A program made the position numbers and the translations under genes. From Blastocystis sp. Blastoise (Eukaryota > Protista > Bigyra: Opalinata): a stretch of 64,000 nt of DNA. The notes beneath the pieces are model-generated. The model did no database searches. It saw only the letters and a list, made by a program, of their open reading frames with translations, and was not told the origin of the DNA. Within the stretch, counting starts at the first letter, position 1. Each line of letters starts with the position of its first letter. The DNA lies in contig JBBPEB010000004.1 in assembly GCA_039096225.1 (NCBI GenBank), positions 1,116,001-1,180,000 on the forward strand, read 5' to 3'. This document shows positions 17,732 through 49,054 of the stretch, in pieces.

Positions 17732-18496
17732 TATATAGATAGTAGATGCGAATGCTGCTGAGAGTAAAAAAGGTGGTTTTTGGTGTGATGTATGTAAATG
17801 CTTATTAAAAGATTCATCAAGTTATTTGGATCATGTGAATGGAAAGAAACGTAAATCATTTTATACTTTTATTTATCATTATTTTTATTACATTAGAATT
17901 GTAAATTAATTATTCTATATTCAATAAAGAATTATTTATCTATAATATATATAATATATAGATCAAAGAATGCTTGGTTTCTCAATGCGTGTTGAAAAAG
18001 CTAGTTTAGAGTCTGTTAAAGAGAAATTTGCGTCTTTGAAGAGAAAGAAGGAAGAGAAAGAATTAGAAAAACTGGATTTTAATACATTATATGAAATGAA
18101 GAAGAAACAAAAAGAAGAAGAAGAAGCTAAAAAAAGAGAACAAAGAAAAGCGTATAAATATAAATACTATTTATTATATAATGTTATTAGTAGTAATTGT
18201 TCTATTTCTCATTCAAATATAGGAAACGTCGACGAAAGCATATGAAAGAAGAAGAAGAAGAAGAAGAAAAATATGATGATGATAAAGATATGAATAAAGA
18301 AGAGAAATCAAATACTGTCTCTGAAGAGACTCAAATCCAGAAGGAATCAGCCGTCGATTATAAAGAAGATAATCCTATTATGACAAAGGATATAAATAGT
18401 AATAACAAAGAAGATACTACTTCTGAAGGTCAAGAGAATTCTATAGAAGCTATGAAAGCCATGATGGGATTCACTGATTTTGGAGGAAAAAAGTAG
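17171..18496 (+). CDS. SNU23: Spliceosomal B-complex zinc-finger protein Snu23/ZMAT2, 5 exons
   Basis: [50 protein letters not shown]. Confidence 0.93.
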
Positions 18497-18707
18497 ATTA
18501 TTCTATTTATATATATATATATATATATATGATGTTCACTGTATAATTATGTATTTTAAATATTTGTTGGTTCTTTTCTATTTAGAAATATGTATATGTT
18601 TTAATATTTATAAAGAAATTCTTAGTATAAAAGGCCAGCTAAATAATACTAATTATAATAAAACAAAACAATATAGACAAGAAGAAAGAACGTTAAATAA
18701 TAAAGTA

Positions 18708-19438
18708 TTATTGTCGTTTAGTTAGTTTTAATAGTTGTTGAATAAAGTCATGTGAAGATTCATATTCTTTATCGTTAAATAATTTCTTTAATGACGGATA
18801 TATATGATCAGAAGACAAGAAAGCAGATAAATCATGTGATGAAGAGAGAACTGTGAGTAAAAATATCGATTTCTGAACTAATCGTTTGTTATTTGATTGT
18901 AAATTATTTGATAAGTATAATAATCCTTTTTGAGCAATAAAATATAATTCACATGTTTTATTACCACGAATAATAGCTATAGAAATGAGTACAGAGTTCA
19001 TTATAGTTTTTTTATTTTAATTATAATAAATATATAATAATAAATATATAATAATAATAAATATATAATAATAAATATATAATAATAATAATAAATATAT
19101 AATAATAATAATAAATATAATAATAATAAATATAATAATAATTAAATATTGAAAATAAAATAAATAAAAATACCTGATATAGCCGAGAGAGATGCTGTTT
19201 GTAGTTCTGGAATTAATGTATCTTTGAGAGTATATAATTCTGTAAAAAGAGAACTCTTTATAATAATATTTTGAATTTTTGGATTATTTTCAGATAAAAC
19301 TGCAATTAATGAACATATTTGCTTGATCATTTCTTGTTTTTCTTCATTTTCATTTTCTAAGTAATCCTTTAGTAAAGTCTCTAAAGTCTTAAATCCACCA
19401 ATTGTATTAAAATCTATAAAAACATAAATTAATAAAAA

Positions 19439-19475
<37 letters not shown>

Positions 19476-19481
19476 ACAAAA

Positions 19482-19552
<71 letters not shown>

Positions 19553-19909
19553 ACAAAATAAATAAAATAAATATATATAAAATATATACCTATTGAATTA
19601 TCAATACTTTGACCAAATTCTTCCAAATCTTCTAAAATAACTGTTTTTGTCTTGTAATCAATGGAATGATCCTCTAATTTCTTCAATAAGTTCTTCATCT
19701 TATCTGCATCAGAAACTAAAGCCTCTTTCATTGCATTATCCAAAAATTCTTTTTTCTATAGAGTAAAGGAATAATAATGATATTTTGTAAACTTATATAT
19801 GATCTATACTTACGTCTTCTGTCATTGGCTCTATAGAAGTAGGACTTGTTCCATCACTTTGAGCTAAACTCCATTTTAATAAACCTAAATATCCATTATA
19901 TTTTTCCAT
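18708..19909 (-). CDS. Hsp70 nucleotide-exchange factor Fes1/HSPBP1-like, 4 exons
   Basis: LGLLKWSLAQSDGT, KKEFLDNAMKE, LEDLEE..SIDNSIDF..IGG, ENNPKIQ, LSAISAIIRG. Confidence 0.85.
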
Positions 19910-20452
19910 ATCGTCGTTTTTCAGTTATAACTTTGTATTCTACTATATTTTAAATTAAAAGAAATAATTATTATTGAATAAAGACGAGTTGATAAAAGAA
20001 AACAACTTAAAAAAAATTAGTTTTCGATAAGAATCTAGAATATTCTATTGGAAAAGAAGACTATGTTTTTCTCTTCAGATAAATATTATATCGATAAATG
20101 AATTATTTTATTGTATATATATCATTTGGATCATTCAATATAAATATATAAATTAGTAATTGAAAAAGGAAGACGAATAAAAATATAAATAGTTTTATGG
20201 GGGGTTCTTTTCATATGAATTCTATTTTTGTTGAATTATTCTGAAAATATTTTTTGTGAAGAAAAACATCCGCCCTATAACGGGACTTGGGAGAATACAA
20301 AGTTTAATAGAATAATCACGATTTTATTCAATTTTGAAGGGGAAATAATTTCTATTCTCATGAAGAATGAAAATGGACTTTATATTTTCTATTCTATTTG
20401 ATCATTATATTGTATTACATTTATTTAATATATATTAGTTACAAATAGAAAG

Positions 20453-23456
<3,004 letters not shown>

Positions 23457-24233
23457 TTTATATTCTATCAATTATTATTCATTTTATTTTAAATTATTTA
23501 AATATATATTGGATTAACAAATTGAATATTCTTCTTTACTTTAAAATTTTTTTGGATTATTTACATTTCTATATCTTCTATTATTCTTCTACTTTTTTTT
23601 TAACTTTTCTTCTTTTATTCAGTGACTTGATAACTATTTTATTTTTGTTAAACTACTTATTTTTCGTATTTAAATAGCATAAAAACACTATTTGATGATA
23701 ATTGGTGTCATTTTGTAATTGAACGTTTTCTTTTTTAATTTCATATCATACATCTATTTATAAATCAATTAACTATATAAAAACAATGACAAAATGTGGA
23801 GTGACACTAGTTTATAATATAAAAATCACAATTTTATGATACTTTCAATAGATTCTATTGTAAAACATCATGTATTCTGAACTGAAAGCTCTTATATAGA
23901 ATAATAATAATGAAATACGACTATACAAAAAACAAATTAAAAAGAATCGTCATAGTTTGTTTCTTGATTATTTTTATGAATTACGGTGATTATCAGAAAA
24001 TATTCAAGAAATTTGTTTTTGTAGGAGAACCTCACAAATGAAGAGTGTGTTACAATTTTATATCTCATTTTTATCTCCTTCTGAAGGTCTAAAAATACAA
24101 TTATATACATTCGTATGATTCTCAACAAGATGAATATTTTTCATATAATATTTAGATAAAACCTACTTAAAAATTAGAACCTACTAGTACATCAGAACAA
24201 TCATCGTTTTTATTATATTATAATAAAAATATA

Positions 24234-27708
<3,475 letters not shown>

Positions 27709-28950
27709 CTTCACTATCTATCTATATATATTTATTTATTTAAATATTGTTATTCAGTATTCATTAATATATTTTCTTTATGTTATTTTTCGATTATTTA
27801 TTAGTTTTTATCTATTAAAAAATATTTTCTTTGTTTTTTTTTCTTTTTTAATGTCTTTTTGCCTTTTTTAATGCTTTTTAGTTTTGATATCGTTTTATAA
27901 TGTTTGTTTAGTATTATTTATATTATACATTTGCTCATTTTTTATTAATTGCTTTATTCTATTAAAATACTACTGAAAACCAGTTATTAATATATGTTTA
28001 AAAGAACTCTATTTGAATATATATATATATATTTATACAAATGGATGTTTCTCAAAAGCTATAATTCGTAATTATACTTCATATAAATGTTTAATAATCT
28101 ATTAATAACATTATTCTATATGCTTCAGAACTATAAAGTAAATAAATTTTTCTTATAAATAATCAAACGAACAAAACATCTATAGATTATAAATACATAT
28201 TTTTATGAAAAAATATTTATATATCAAGAAATAATATTAAAATTAATAAAAAAAAACTAATGAAAATATAATGACAAAAAAGAAATTATGATTAAAAAAA
28301 TAAATAAATAATCGTAAGAAATATATATATATATATAAATAATAAATAAATACAATATAAAATTATTAGTTAAAGAAGAATGTTCTTTAAAAAGCAAGAA
28401 AAACAGAGAGAGAGAAAGAAATATATATATATATAAATAATTAAAGTAATAGATTTATATATATCTTTATTAATAAGGAAATAAAAGCTAGAGTCAGTCA
28501 ATAAAAATAGACTATGAAGAAATACTTCTAAAAAATAAAATGAAAAAGAAAAAAAAATATATATATATAAATAATGGAAATATAAATAAAATTGAGTTAT
28601 ATTGAAAATAATATTCGTGATAACAAAGAAATCGATGAAAGTAGATACAAAAAGAACAATGATTAGAAATAGTTAAAAAAAATATATATATATAATAATT
28701 CAAAAATAAACAAAGCGATAGTATGTATAAATGAGTTGAAGAGAAAATAATAAAAGTAGATATAATAGCATATATATAGATATTATAGTTCTATATATAT
28801 GTTAATAATTATATCTATAGAAAAATTCATATTATATAGAAGAAAAAATATTAATAATAAAAAAAATTATATGAATAGAAAAAAAAGTATATATAATAAA
28901 TGTATTTTTTAAAAATGGAATATATATAATAAATAAGAGTATTTATAATA

Positions 28951-39702
<10,752 letters not shown>

Positions 39703-40530
39703 CGTAATCGAAAGGATATTCAATCAAAAACTATTGTTGAAAAAAGCAAACCGAAATTTTTTCTGCAATTTTTTTTGTCAATCTCTGGAAGAAATGAAAT
39801 CTTTAGTATATAAATAAGAATATTTATGAATATTTAGTTGATCTCTTATTTGAATTTTCAAAGTATTTTTAATTTAGATTTCTTATGAATATTTACATTA
39901 AAAGTATATGATAAGAATGTTCATTGGAATACATAGATAATATATGAATTTGTTGATGAAAAGTCAGCAATATGTTCTATTATTGCTGTAATTTACAGTT
40001 TATTCTATTCACAATGATCATCAGAGACCATTTAAAATCTAGTTAATAAATATACTAAGATACAACGACAATGAAACAGTATTTCTTTTTATTACTTCCC
40101 AAGAACAAACGAACTCAATAAATATTTGATCATTTTTCTTTGTATTTATAAATTATTTGACTTGAGTCACTTAAGAATATTCAGAGAAGAAGAAAGCTGT
40201 AAAAAAAATTGTTAATACTGTTTGTATAGAGAAAAATATGTTTTTAGCTTATTTCAGAAACATAGTTTCCTTGAGATAGAATTGAAATAACATGAAATTT
40301 ATATAATTATATATATATATATATATATAAAACTAGTTCGTTTGAACTTCTGATTTAAAAACAGAAGAAAATAATTATTCAGAAGGTTTCAGTCACGAGA
40401 AAGCCTATTGAGGCGAGTTGGATTTCATATTTTTTTAGTATAATAAAGTTGAATAACTTTTAAGACCTATTTCAGGAAAATATTGTGTAAATAAAAAAAA
40501 ATATTAATTTTGTATATATTATCATAATCA

Positions 40531-42514
40531 ATGTGGGAATCTACAGATGACTTTACTCCTGTTTCTATGAATCGTATGTAGTATTTAAATATGTATTTTT
40601 ATTTGTATAGAAGGAAATAATATGAATCGACCAGCTTCAATTCCTGTTCAAAAGCAAGGATATTACTCTCAATACAATGCAGCATTTAGTAACCCTCAAC
40701 AAAGAATGCCCCAACCAATGGGACAACCGATGGGACAACCGATGGGTCAACCAATGGGTCAACCTATGGGTCAGCCAATGGGTCAACCTATGGGTCAACC
40801 TATGGGACAACCTATGAGACCTTCTATGGGTCAGCCTATGAATATGGGAAATTCTCCATTTATGCCACAACCGACAAACCCTTATTCTAATGTTCCATTT
40901 AATTTATCATCAAAGTATTTTATTTTTACAATATTATGCATATACTATTTAAATAATGAAATTAAAAATAAAAAAATTTAATTTTTATTATTATTATATA
41001 TATTTATATAAATAAATATAGTCCAGCATTAAATATGGGTATTGATATGGGAAAACAGTATGTAGAGAAACAACTTCAGACCTATATGCCAGGTGTTCAT
41101 ACATGGTGGAATGATTTAAAATTTTATTTTCATGTAAATAATCAATATGTTGTCAATAAATTAAAAGTATATATATATATATATATATATTTTTTATTGT
41201 TATCTTTTTTATTCAACATTATTTTGTTTTTCATGAATGTATATATATATATTGTATATCTATTATATATTATATAGCTTCTTTTCTTCCCTTTTCAGAG
41301 TCGTAGTTGGAGACGTGCCACAAGAACAGAACAAGACGCACAAGGACATGTTACACAAGTATATATATATTATATATATTAAATATATTATATATATTAA
41401 ATATAATTATTATATGCATAACACTACTATTTTTTATGACTGTTCTATTCATTTTGATATAAATAATAATGATAATAAAATACTTTTTTATTATTATTAT
41501 TCTATATAGGTTAATTTGCCTCCCCTTGAAGATATAAATTGTCCTGATTTATATATACCTATGATGGCTTTAGTAACATTTTCTCTTATTCTTTCTTTCC
41601 TTGCAGGAACTAGAGGGAAATTTTCTCCTGAATATTTGAAAACATCTTTAACTACATCTTTCATTATCATTAATATTGAAGTATTTATATATATTCTATT
41701 TATATAGTTATAAATTTTATTATCCATTACATTTTGATTATTTATCATATATTTAATGTATTCTTATTTCTTATTACGTAGTCAATATTATATATAAATA
41801 TATATATATATAGGTTTGGTTCATTCGTATATTTATTTATTTCTTATCTTCAACATGTAGTATCATGGACTTATATGCTCTTTGCTTATATAAATTTGTC
41901 TAGTATATAGTATTATATATTATTTTATATTTATAATTCGATATGTTTATTATATTATATATATATATATTATTATTATTATATTTCTATAGTCTTAGTA
42001 TAAATGCTCTTATTCACAGTTTATTACCCTCTTATGCTTATTATATATCATTCTTATATACTGGTGTTTGTATGGCTCTTTTTATGGTATATATTCATAT
42101 TCTAGTCATATTATCAAGTTATTATTTAAATAGTGATTAAGTTATTTTTTCAATTGTTATTCATTTATTCATATTTTTAAAAATATATGTATCTATATTT
42201 TTTTCAATAATTATCATTTATTCATATTTTTTAAAATATATTTATATTTTTTCAATAGTTATTCATTTATTCATATTTTTTAAAATATATATATATATTT
42301 TTTTTCAATATTCTAACAATATTTAATATTTTTTTAAATATCTTCTCTGTTTCACTTTCTATTCTTTCTTCTATAGTTAAGAAATATCTCTACTTTATTC
42401 TATATAAATGGAGAAAATAATAAAGAAGGAAGAAAACGAAAGAATTATGTTATTTTCTTTATTAGTTTATTACAACCTCTTCTTATGTGGTTTATGGGAC
42501 AATCTATGAACTAA
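40531..42514 (+). CDS. YIF1: YIF1 ER-Golgi membrane protein, 8 exons, N-terminal (MGQP)n repeat
   Basis: LKFYFHVNNQYVVNKLKLLFFPF, PPLEDINCPDLYIPMMALVT, GKFSPE, YKFV. Confidence 0.93.
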
Positions 42515-43357
42515 AGAAATTTATTTTCATTTTTTTGTCTTCTTAAAATAAAATGTATATAATGATTTTTCTATGTTTCCAAGAGATTTTATGAATATTA
42601 TTGAAGCATTTCTTTATTATATTTTTTGACTCACTATTGTGTAAACTATACAATAAGTCTAACTTAAAAACAATCATTCTAGTGACAATCCCAATTATTT
42701 TTGCTTTGATTCACCAAATCATTTCAAGAGATTTCAATAACATACTATTTACGACATTTTGTAAAGAGTAGATTTCCTAAATTCTACACGAAAACACACA
42801 AATTTGTTTTTTATGCATTTTCTCAATATAAATAGATAAATTTCGTTTTTTCAATTTAACATAGTTTTGAACTATGTTTTATGATAATAAAAAACACATT
42901 TTTTATTCACTTTAAAAAATAATGATAAAAAGTATTTGTTAAATTTACAACAATTTTTATTCATACGAATGATGCTTTTTTAGCAAAAGTTACCATAATT
43001 AAAAACTAAAAGAAATGACATCTATATGCTTCTAAAAACAAAAAAATAAATTCAATATCCATAAAGTTCGACAAAGAACTTCTATAAAACAATTAGAAAT
43101 TCTTCAGATTCAATCTAATTCAGCGTATAACTGAATTTGATTTCAGAATGATGACTATAAAAATGTTTTAAAATATTCATGAATAAATTGTCTATTCTGC
43201 TTAATTGACGAGAATAACCATGAATATGTTTTTTGATATAAATGAGACACAACTCGTTGTTCCCATAGAAGCATTCAAATATAAAAAAAGAATGAATTTT
43301 TCTAAGCTTTTTTCATTTAATTGTATTTAATAATAAATACACTACTACATACTTTCA

Positions 43358-45448
43358 ATGGCAGACGATATACAAGTAAAGCATGAAATAAGAATTGTTG
43401 TCTTAGGAGATTCTCAAGTAGGAAAGTCTTCAATTATCAACAGATTATTTTCAGATCATTTTTCAGATAAAGTAGAACATGTTCTTAGAGAAGTTCATAT
43501 TTCTCCAGAAGTCAACATTGAAAACATTCCACTTACTATCATGGATACTTCAGGTATTTTGGTTTCTATAGTTTTTAGTTTTTATTTGAATGATATATGT
43601 AGTGGATCCCGTTGATCTTCAAGAAACAAAAGATAAAATTGTTTCTGTATATAATTTTTTTTTTGTATTTTATTCAATAAAATTTATGTTATTTATTTAT
43701 TTTTGTTTTTTTTTTTATTTTATTAAATAAAATTTATGTTATTTATTTATTTTTGTATTTTTTTTGTATTTTATTCAATAAAATTTATGTTATTTATATT
43801 ATTTATATATATTTTTTTAATATTTATATAATATGAATTTTTTTTTTTATTAATTCTCTTATAACATTCTTGATTATAATTAATATTATAGGCTGATGCT
43901 GCTATCTTAGTATTTACAGAACAGGAATATGATTCTCTTCAAAATATTAAAATGAAATGGTTGCCTCTCGTTCTCGAAAATCATGATAGTATTCCCATGA
44001 TTATTGTTCGAAATAAGATTGATTTAAATACGAATCATACTGCTGTATTAGAATCTAAACGAGAAGAATGTAATGAACTACAATCTCTATCTAAAGTATA
44101 CATTTACAAATAATATTCTCATTTTAGATTTGAAATGTGTTTCTATTTCTATTATATATATATATATATATATATTTTTCATGTAGAATGTACAACTTTT
44201 CTTTGATGTTTCTGCTAAGACTAACAAGGATATCACAAATCTTTTCTTCTCCGTACAAAAGATTATCTCCTATCCAATTGCTCCTCTTTATGATTCCGTT
44301 GATAAGGTATATATATATATGAGTATAATGTATATATATGAGTATAATGTATATATATATATATAGGAATTAACTGCACCCTATAGACGTATATTGGTTC
44401 GTTTATTCAGAGTATTCGATAAGGATCGTGATGACGCACTCTCCGACAAGGAACTCAACGATTTTCAAGTATATAGTATTATGGTTATGTTGTTGTTATT
44501 ATTATTATTATCGTTATATTATTATCGTTATGTTGTTATTATTATGGTTATGTTGTTGTTGTTATTATTATAGTTATGTTATTATGAATATTGTTCTTAT
44601 TCTATATTACTATACTTATTATTATTAATATAATTATATATATAGTATACTTGCTATGGATCTCGACTTGACCCTATTATGCTAAAAGCCGTTAAATCTT
44701 CTCTTCGAACACGTGACACAGACTGTCTCACAGGGGATCAAAATGACTATATCACCTGTCGTGGATTCATGGAACTTCATAAACTTCTTATTTCTAAAAA
44801 TAAACCCGAAACTGCTTGGATTAATCTAAAAACATTTGAGTATATATATTATAGTATCATTATAAATTATATTATCATTATAAATTATATTATCATTATA
44901 AATTATATTATCATTATAAATTATATTATCATTATAAATTATATTATCATTATAAATTATAGTATCATTATAAATTATATTATCATTATAAATTATATTA
45001 TCATTATAAATTATATTATCATTATAAATTACTATAGTTATAATAATGAATTGGTCTATGAACCTATTCTCTCTCCTAATTCTTCATTTACTCGTGAAAA
45101 TCTTCAAGAAATTACCAGAAAATCAGAAAGAACCATAGAACTTTCTGCAGCTTCCACTAAATTTTTAATTGCTGTATTCATTTATTCATTTATTTATTAT
45201 TTTTTTATTTATTATATTTATATTTATTTATTATTATAATTCTATATGAGATGCTTTGTATAGTTATTTAAACAGTATAATAAGAATCCTGATAAATGTC
45301 TTTCTCCCACGGAAATCGCTTCTCTCTTTGAGCCCCTTCCTGACCGTCTTCCTCCCTGGACTCATGTAAATGAAGATGTACAACTATTGTATATATATAT
45401 TTATATAATAATACTATTATAACTATTGTGATAACTCTGTTTTTATGA

Positions 45449-45483
<35 letters not shown>

Positions 45484-46595
45484 TTTCTCCATCCTTCCCT
45501 CAGAATACATTATCGAATGACATAGGATGCGTCACTCTCCCTGGTTACCTCTCTATGTGGTCTCTTTATATGCATATATGTCCATATGAATGTATATATT
45601 CTATTATGCAATTAGGATTTGGAGAAACATTCGAAGATGTAGCTATTCTAACAAAGTATATATATAATATTCTTTAAAACTATTATTCTGTTTATTATTA
45701 TTATTAACTAAATTATTATTAAGTTTATATTATTCTGTTTATTATTAACTAAATTATTATTATTAACTAAAATATTATTATATGCCATAGTACACATGCT
45801 GAAGATAGTTACCGTTACAATCTGTACAAACGAAGTGTAACACACTCCTTTATTATTGGACAATCAAAAGATGATATGGTATATTTCTTTAACATAATTA
45901 TAATGTAAGAGTATTATTATATTCTAATTCTTCTTTTAATAGCTCTGCTTTTTAAATGATTTTATTAGTAAACCTTCAAATAACCGCGGAGATAACTCCA
46001 ATTCTTCTGTATCTACATTTATTAATAGTGTTGAAGCAGATGAAGATTTATCCACAAATAAATATATTCACTCTCTTATGATGACCTGCTTCTCTCCTGA
46101 ATCCATGTCTTTATTTACAAACCAATTATATCAATGTGATATCTGCTGTTTAATGTTTGACCTCACAGATCCTACTTCGTTCCAATATATTAAAGATATC
46201 ATTGTAAATATATATAATATAAATTAACATTAATAGAATAAACATCAAATATATATATATATAATATTATTTCTATTACTATTATTTATAGCCTACACTT
46301 CCTCCTACTTTAAAAATTATGCTTATTGCAAATAATAAAACACTCTCTATGGAGAATTCTAAACGAAGTGCATTATATAAAGAAGCTGAAGAATATTGTC
46401 GTTCACTAGAAATAAAACCTCCCGTGATTAATCATGTTAAATCACCTAGAAAAGAAAAAATATTCTCAATTATATATGCAATGGCTCATTATCCTGATGT
46501 ATGTATACCTTATAATGAACACAAGAGAACTGTCTCCAAATATATAAAATTCGGATTCTTCACTTCTATCACTCTTATTATAACTGGTATATATA

Positions 46596-46664
<69 letters not shown>

Positions 46665-46743
46665 ATATATAGGTGTCGTCACATACTTTTTGAAACCTGA
46701 TTTATTTAAAGACTTATTTAAAGGGAAGAAAGGAAAACAATAA
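43358..46743 (+). CDS. MIRO: Mitochondrial Rho GTPase (Miro), 13 exons
   Basis: GDSQVGKSS, DTS, NKID, SAK, YPIAPLYD, EF hand DKDRDDALSDKELNDFQ, ETAW, C-terminal TM anchor. Confidence 0.93.
44855..45032. repeat. Intronic 18-nt minisatellite (ATCATTATAAATTATATT)n
   Basis: About 10 tandem copies in a Miro intron. Confidence 0.85.
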
Positions 46744-47961
46744 ATAATTATAATTATATATATATATTGTTTTTCATATTATATTTGTAGTCATTCATTT
46801 CGTTCATTATTATCACATTCATACATGTTTATATAACTATTATTTGTTTTTATTTATTAAACTTGCTTTAGATCGTATTATTAGTCTCCTTATGTATTAT
46901 ATATGATAGAATATACATATTTTGTAATCTTCATGCTGTATAAAATCATAAATGACAATTTATTTGGAAAAATTATTTTTTTTTTATAAAAAAACAAAAA
47001 TTATTTTTTATACAAGATTTATTCTTATTAAATATTATAGTCAGCGACTTCCAAAAGGCCCTTTTTTTTTGCGGCGTCGCAATTGTCAGCAAAATTTGTG
47101 ACACAAAAATGAAAAATGATAAATAACTTTTTTGTTTTTAATTTTAAAAATATAAAAAAAATATTTTCAAACTCAGCTCATCAAGACACGTCGATTTACA
47201 CACTTTTCATGAAAAAAGGACCGGGTGACATAAAAAAGATAATTCATTCATTGACTATTATATTATGACGTGACAGTTTTTGACTAAAAACGTATTATTT
47301 TGATATATAATGTATGACTATTTGAAAATAAGTCAAATAAAATATTTTTTGTGACACATGTTGTGACAGATACATGACTGAAAAGTATATAAGTCATCAA
47401 ATAACAACAAGTATGATTCCTATGTTTGACTATTCGTGTTAAGTTGGGTGACAAATAAAAATATTTTGTGACAATAGTCAATTGTTTATATACTTTTTTT
47501 AAGCTATTTCAAATAGTATTATTTATGTGTTATAATGAATAATATTGTCAATAAACTCTAAAATAATATTATAAAAAATAATAATGTAATTAAAAAGTTT
47601 TTGTTTTTGTTAAATATCACGAAGTAGTCTTGTAGGGACTCTACAGATACACCCTGACTAGTAATAAAAAAAAATAAACGAAAAGCATATTAAAATAATT
47701 ATTTTCAAAAACCAAACAAAAAACAACAGTATGAACAAAAGTCAGATTTTAAAAAACAATACTTCAGACAAAATGTTTTTTAATAGCCTTTAAAAATGGT
47801 TTTAAAATGTATTTTACATGTAGAATAAGTCACACAACACATTTATAATATTTATATTGTAAAATATATTATTTTTATGTTTAAAAAGGGAAAAATAAAA
47901 AAAGGTTAGTAGTCACTGGTTTTATAATTATTATATGACTTGATGATAAATATTATATAAG

Positions 47962-48032
47962 GGGTATTTGGTCGAATGGTTTATGCGCATAAAATTTTTA
48001 CATGGTCGACGGATCGATCCTTATAGGGGACA
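47962..48032 (+). pseudogene. Degenerate tRNA-like sequence, copy 1
   Basis: A box TGGTCGAATGG and B box GGATCGATCC at tRNA spacing, then TTTT; acceptor stem does not pair. Confidence 0.5.
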
Positions 48033-48315
48033 TTTTCTTTTAAATTTTTTTGACAACTATTTATAATGATTCAATCAACTCTGCGTCATTTTTAGTATTT
48101 AAAAAACGTTTACATCACTGAGGTGTTCTTTTTGAGTTCATTATCACCACATCAATAGACAATTTATTTTCAAAAATTAATAATTTCTATTTAATAGTTA
48201 TTCTAAGCATGTCTATACTGACATAAATGTTATGAAAGATAATGAATATAAAAATTTGAAGATTTAGCTATATTTAAATTTATTATATATATTATATAAA
48301 AACAAAAAATTGAGA

Positions 48316-48388
48316 GAATTGTTGGTATAGTTGGTCAGCGCTATAGTTATAATGGTTATTGTCGCTGGTTCAAATCTTATCTGGGGCA
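48316..48388 (+). pseudogene. Degenerate tRNA-like sequence, copy 2
   Basis: A box TGGTATAGTTGG, B box GGTTCAAATC, 5-bp anticodon-like stem, 3' GGGGCA then oligo-T; acceptor and T stems broken. Confidence 0.6.
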
Positions 48389-49054
48389 TTTTTATTTTTT
48401 TACATGTATTGTTTTATTTTTGAATTATAATAGTCAATATATTATTACTATTATAAGAATCTATATAAAATTCTTTGTTTTCAGAGGTTAATAAAATTAT
48501 AAAATTACTCTTTTTCTTTACAAAAAGTCTATTTGATTATCAATTAATTTATAAATATATTATATAGTTTTTAGCATGAATTATTTAATTACAACATATA
48601 TATTTAGATGTTACAGAGATAAAACCGTGCTATTTTAACACACTATGATTTCAATTAAATATATTTGTCAGTTATATTAATAAAATAGCATTCTGCTTAA
48701 GATATAAATCTTATACAGAATAAAAATATATAATCAGTATAGTTATTTATTAAGATGAGATTCACAATTTATAAACATTTCTTGTGTAACATGTCTTATT
48801 TAAATCAATTATAGATTATTATACATATATAAATAAAATAGATAATATCTGAAACGTTTTACAACCTATCATTAACATAATAAAGATTATATTTTTATAA
48901 AAAACTAATGTTGAATTATTTATATTTTATTATTCTCTACTAGAAAAGATATCTGTAAATCAACTAATTCTAAATATCTACCAAACAAGAAGAATATTAT
49001 AATTAAATATGACATAGTACAATTTTAATAATATAATAGATAATATGTAAAAAA

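Noticed and set aside
39703-39719. ATATCCTTT..AC upstream of the giant gene ATG
   Set aside because: Only 16 nt and no branch motif; too short for an intron
43650-43800. 55-nt direct repeats (also 15490-15625 and 42140-42340) as CRISPR-like arrays
   Set aside because: Head-to-tail intronic duplications without unique spacers, in a eukaryotic context
47962-48388. Functional tRNA genes
   Set aside because: Acceptor and T stems do not pair and the anticodon loops are non-canonical
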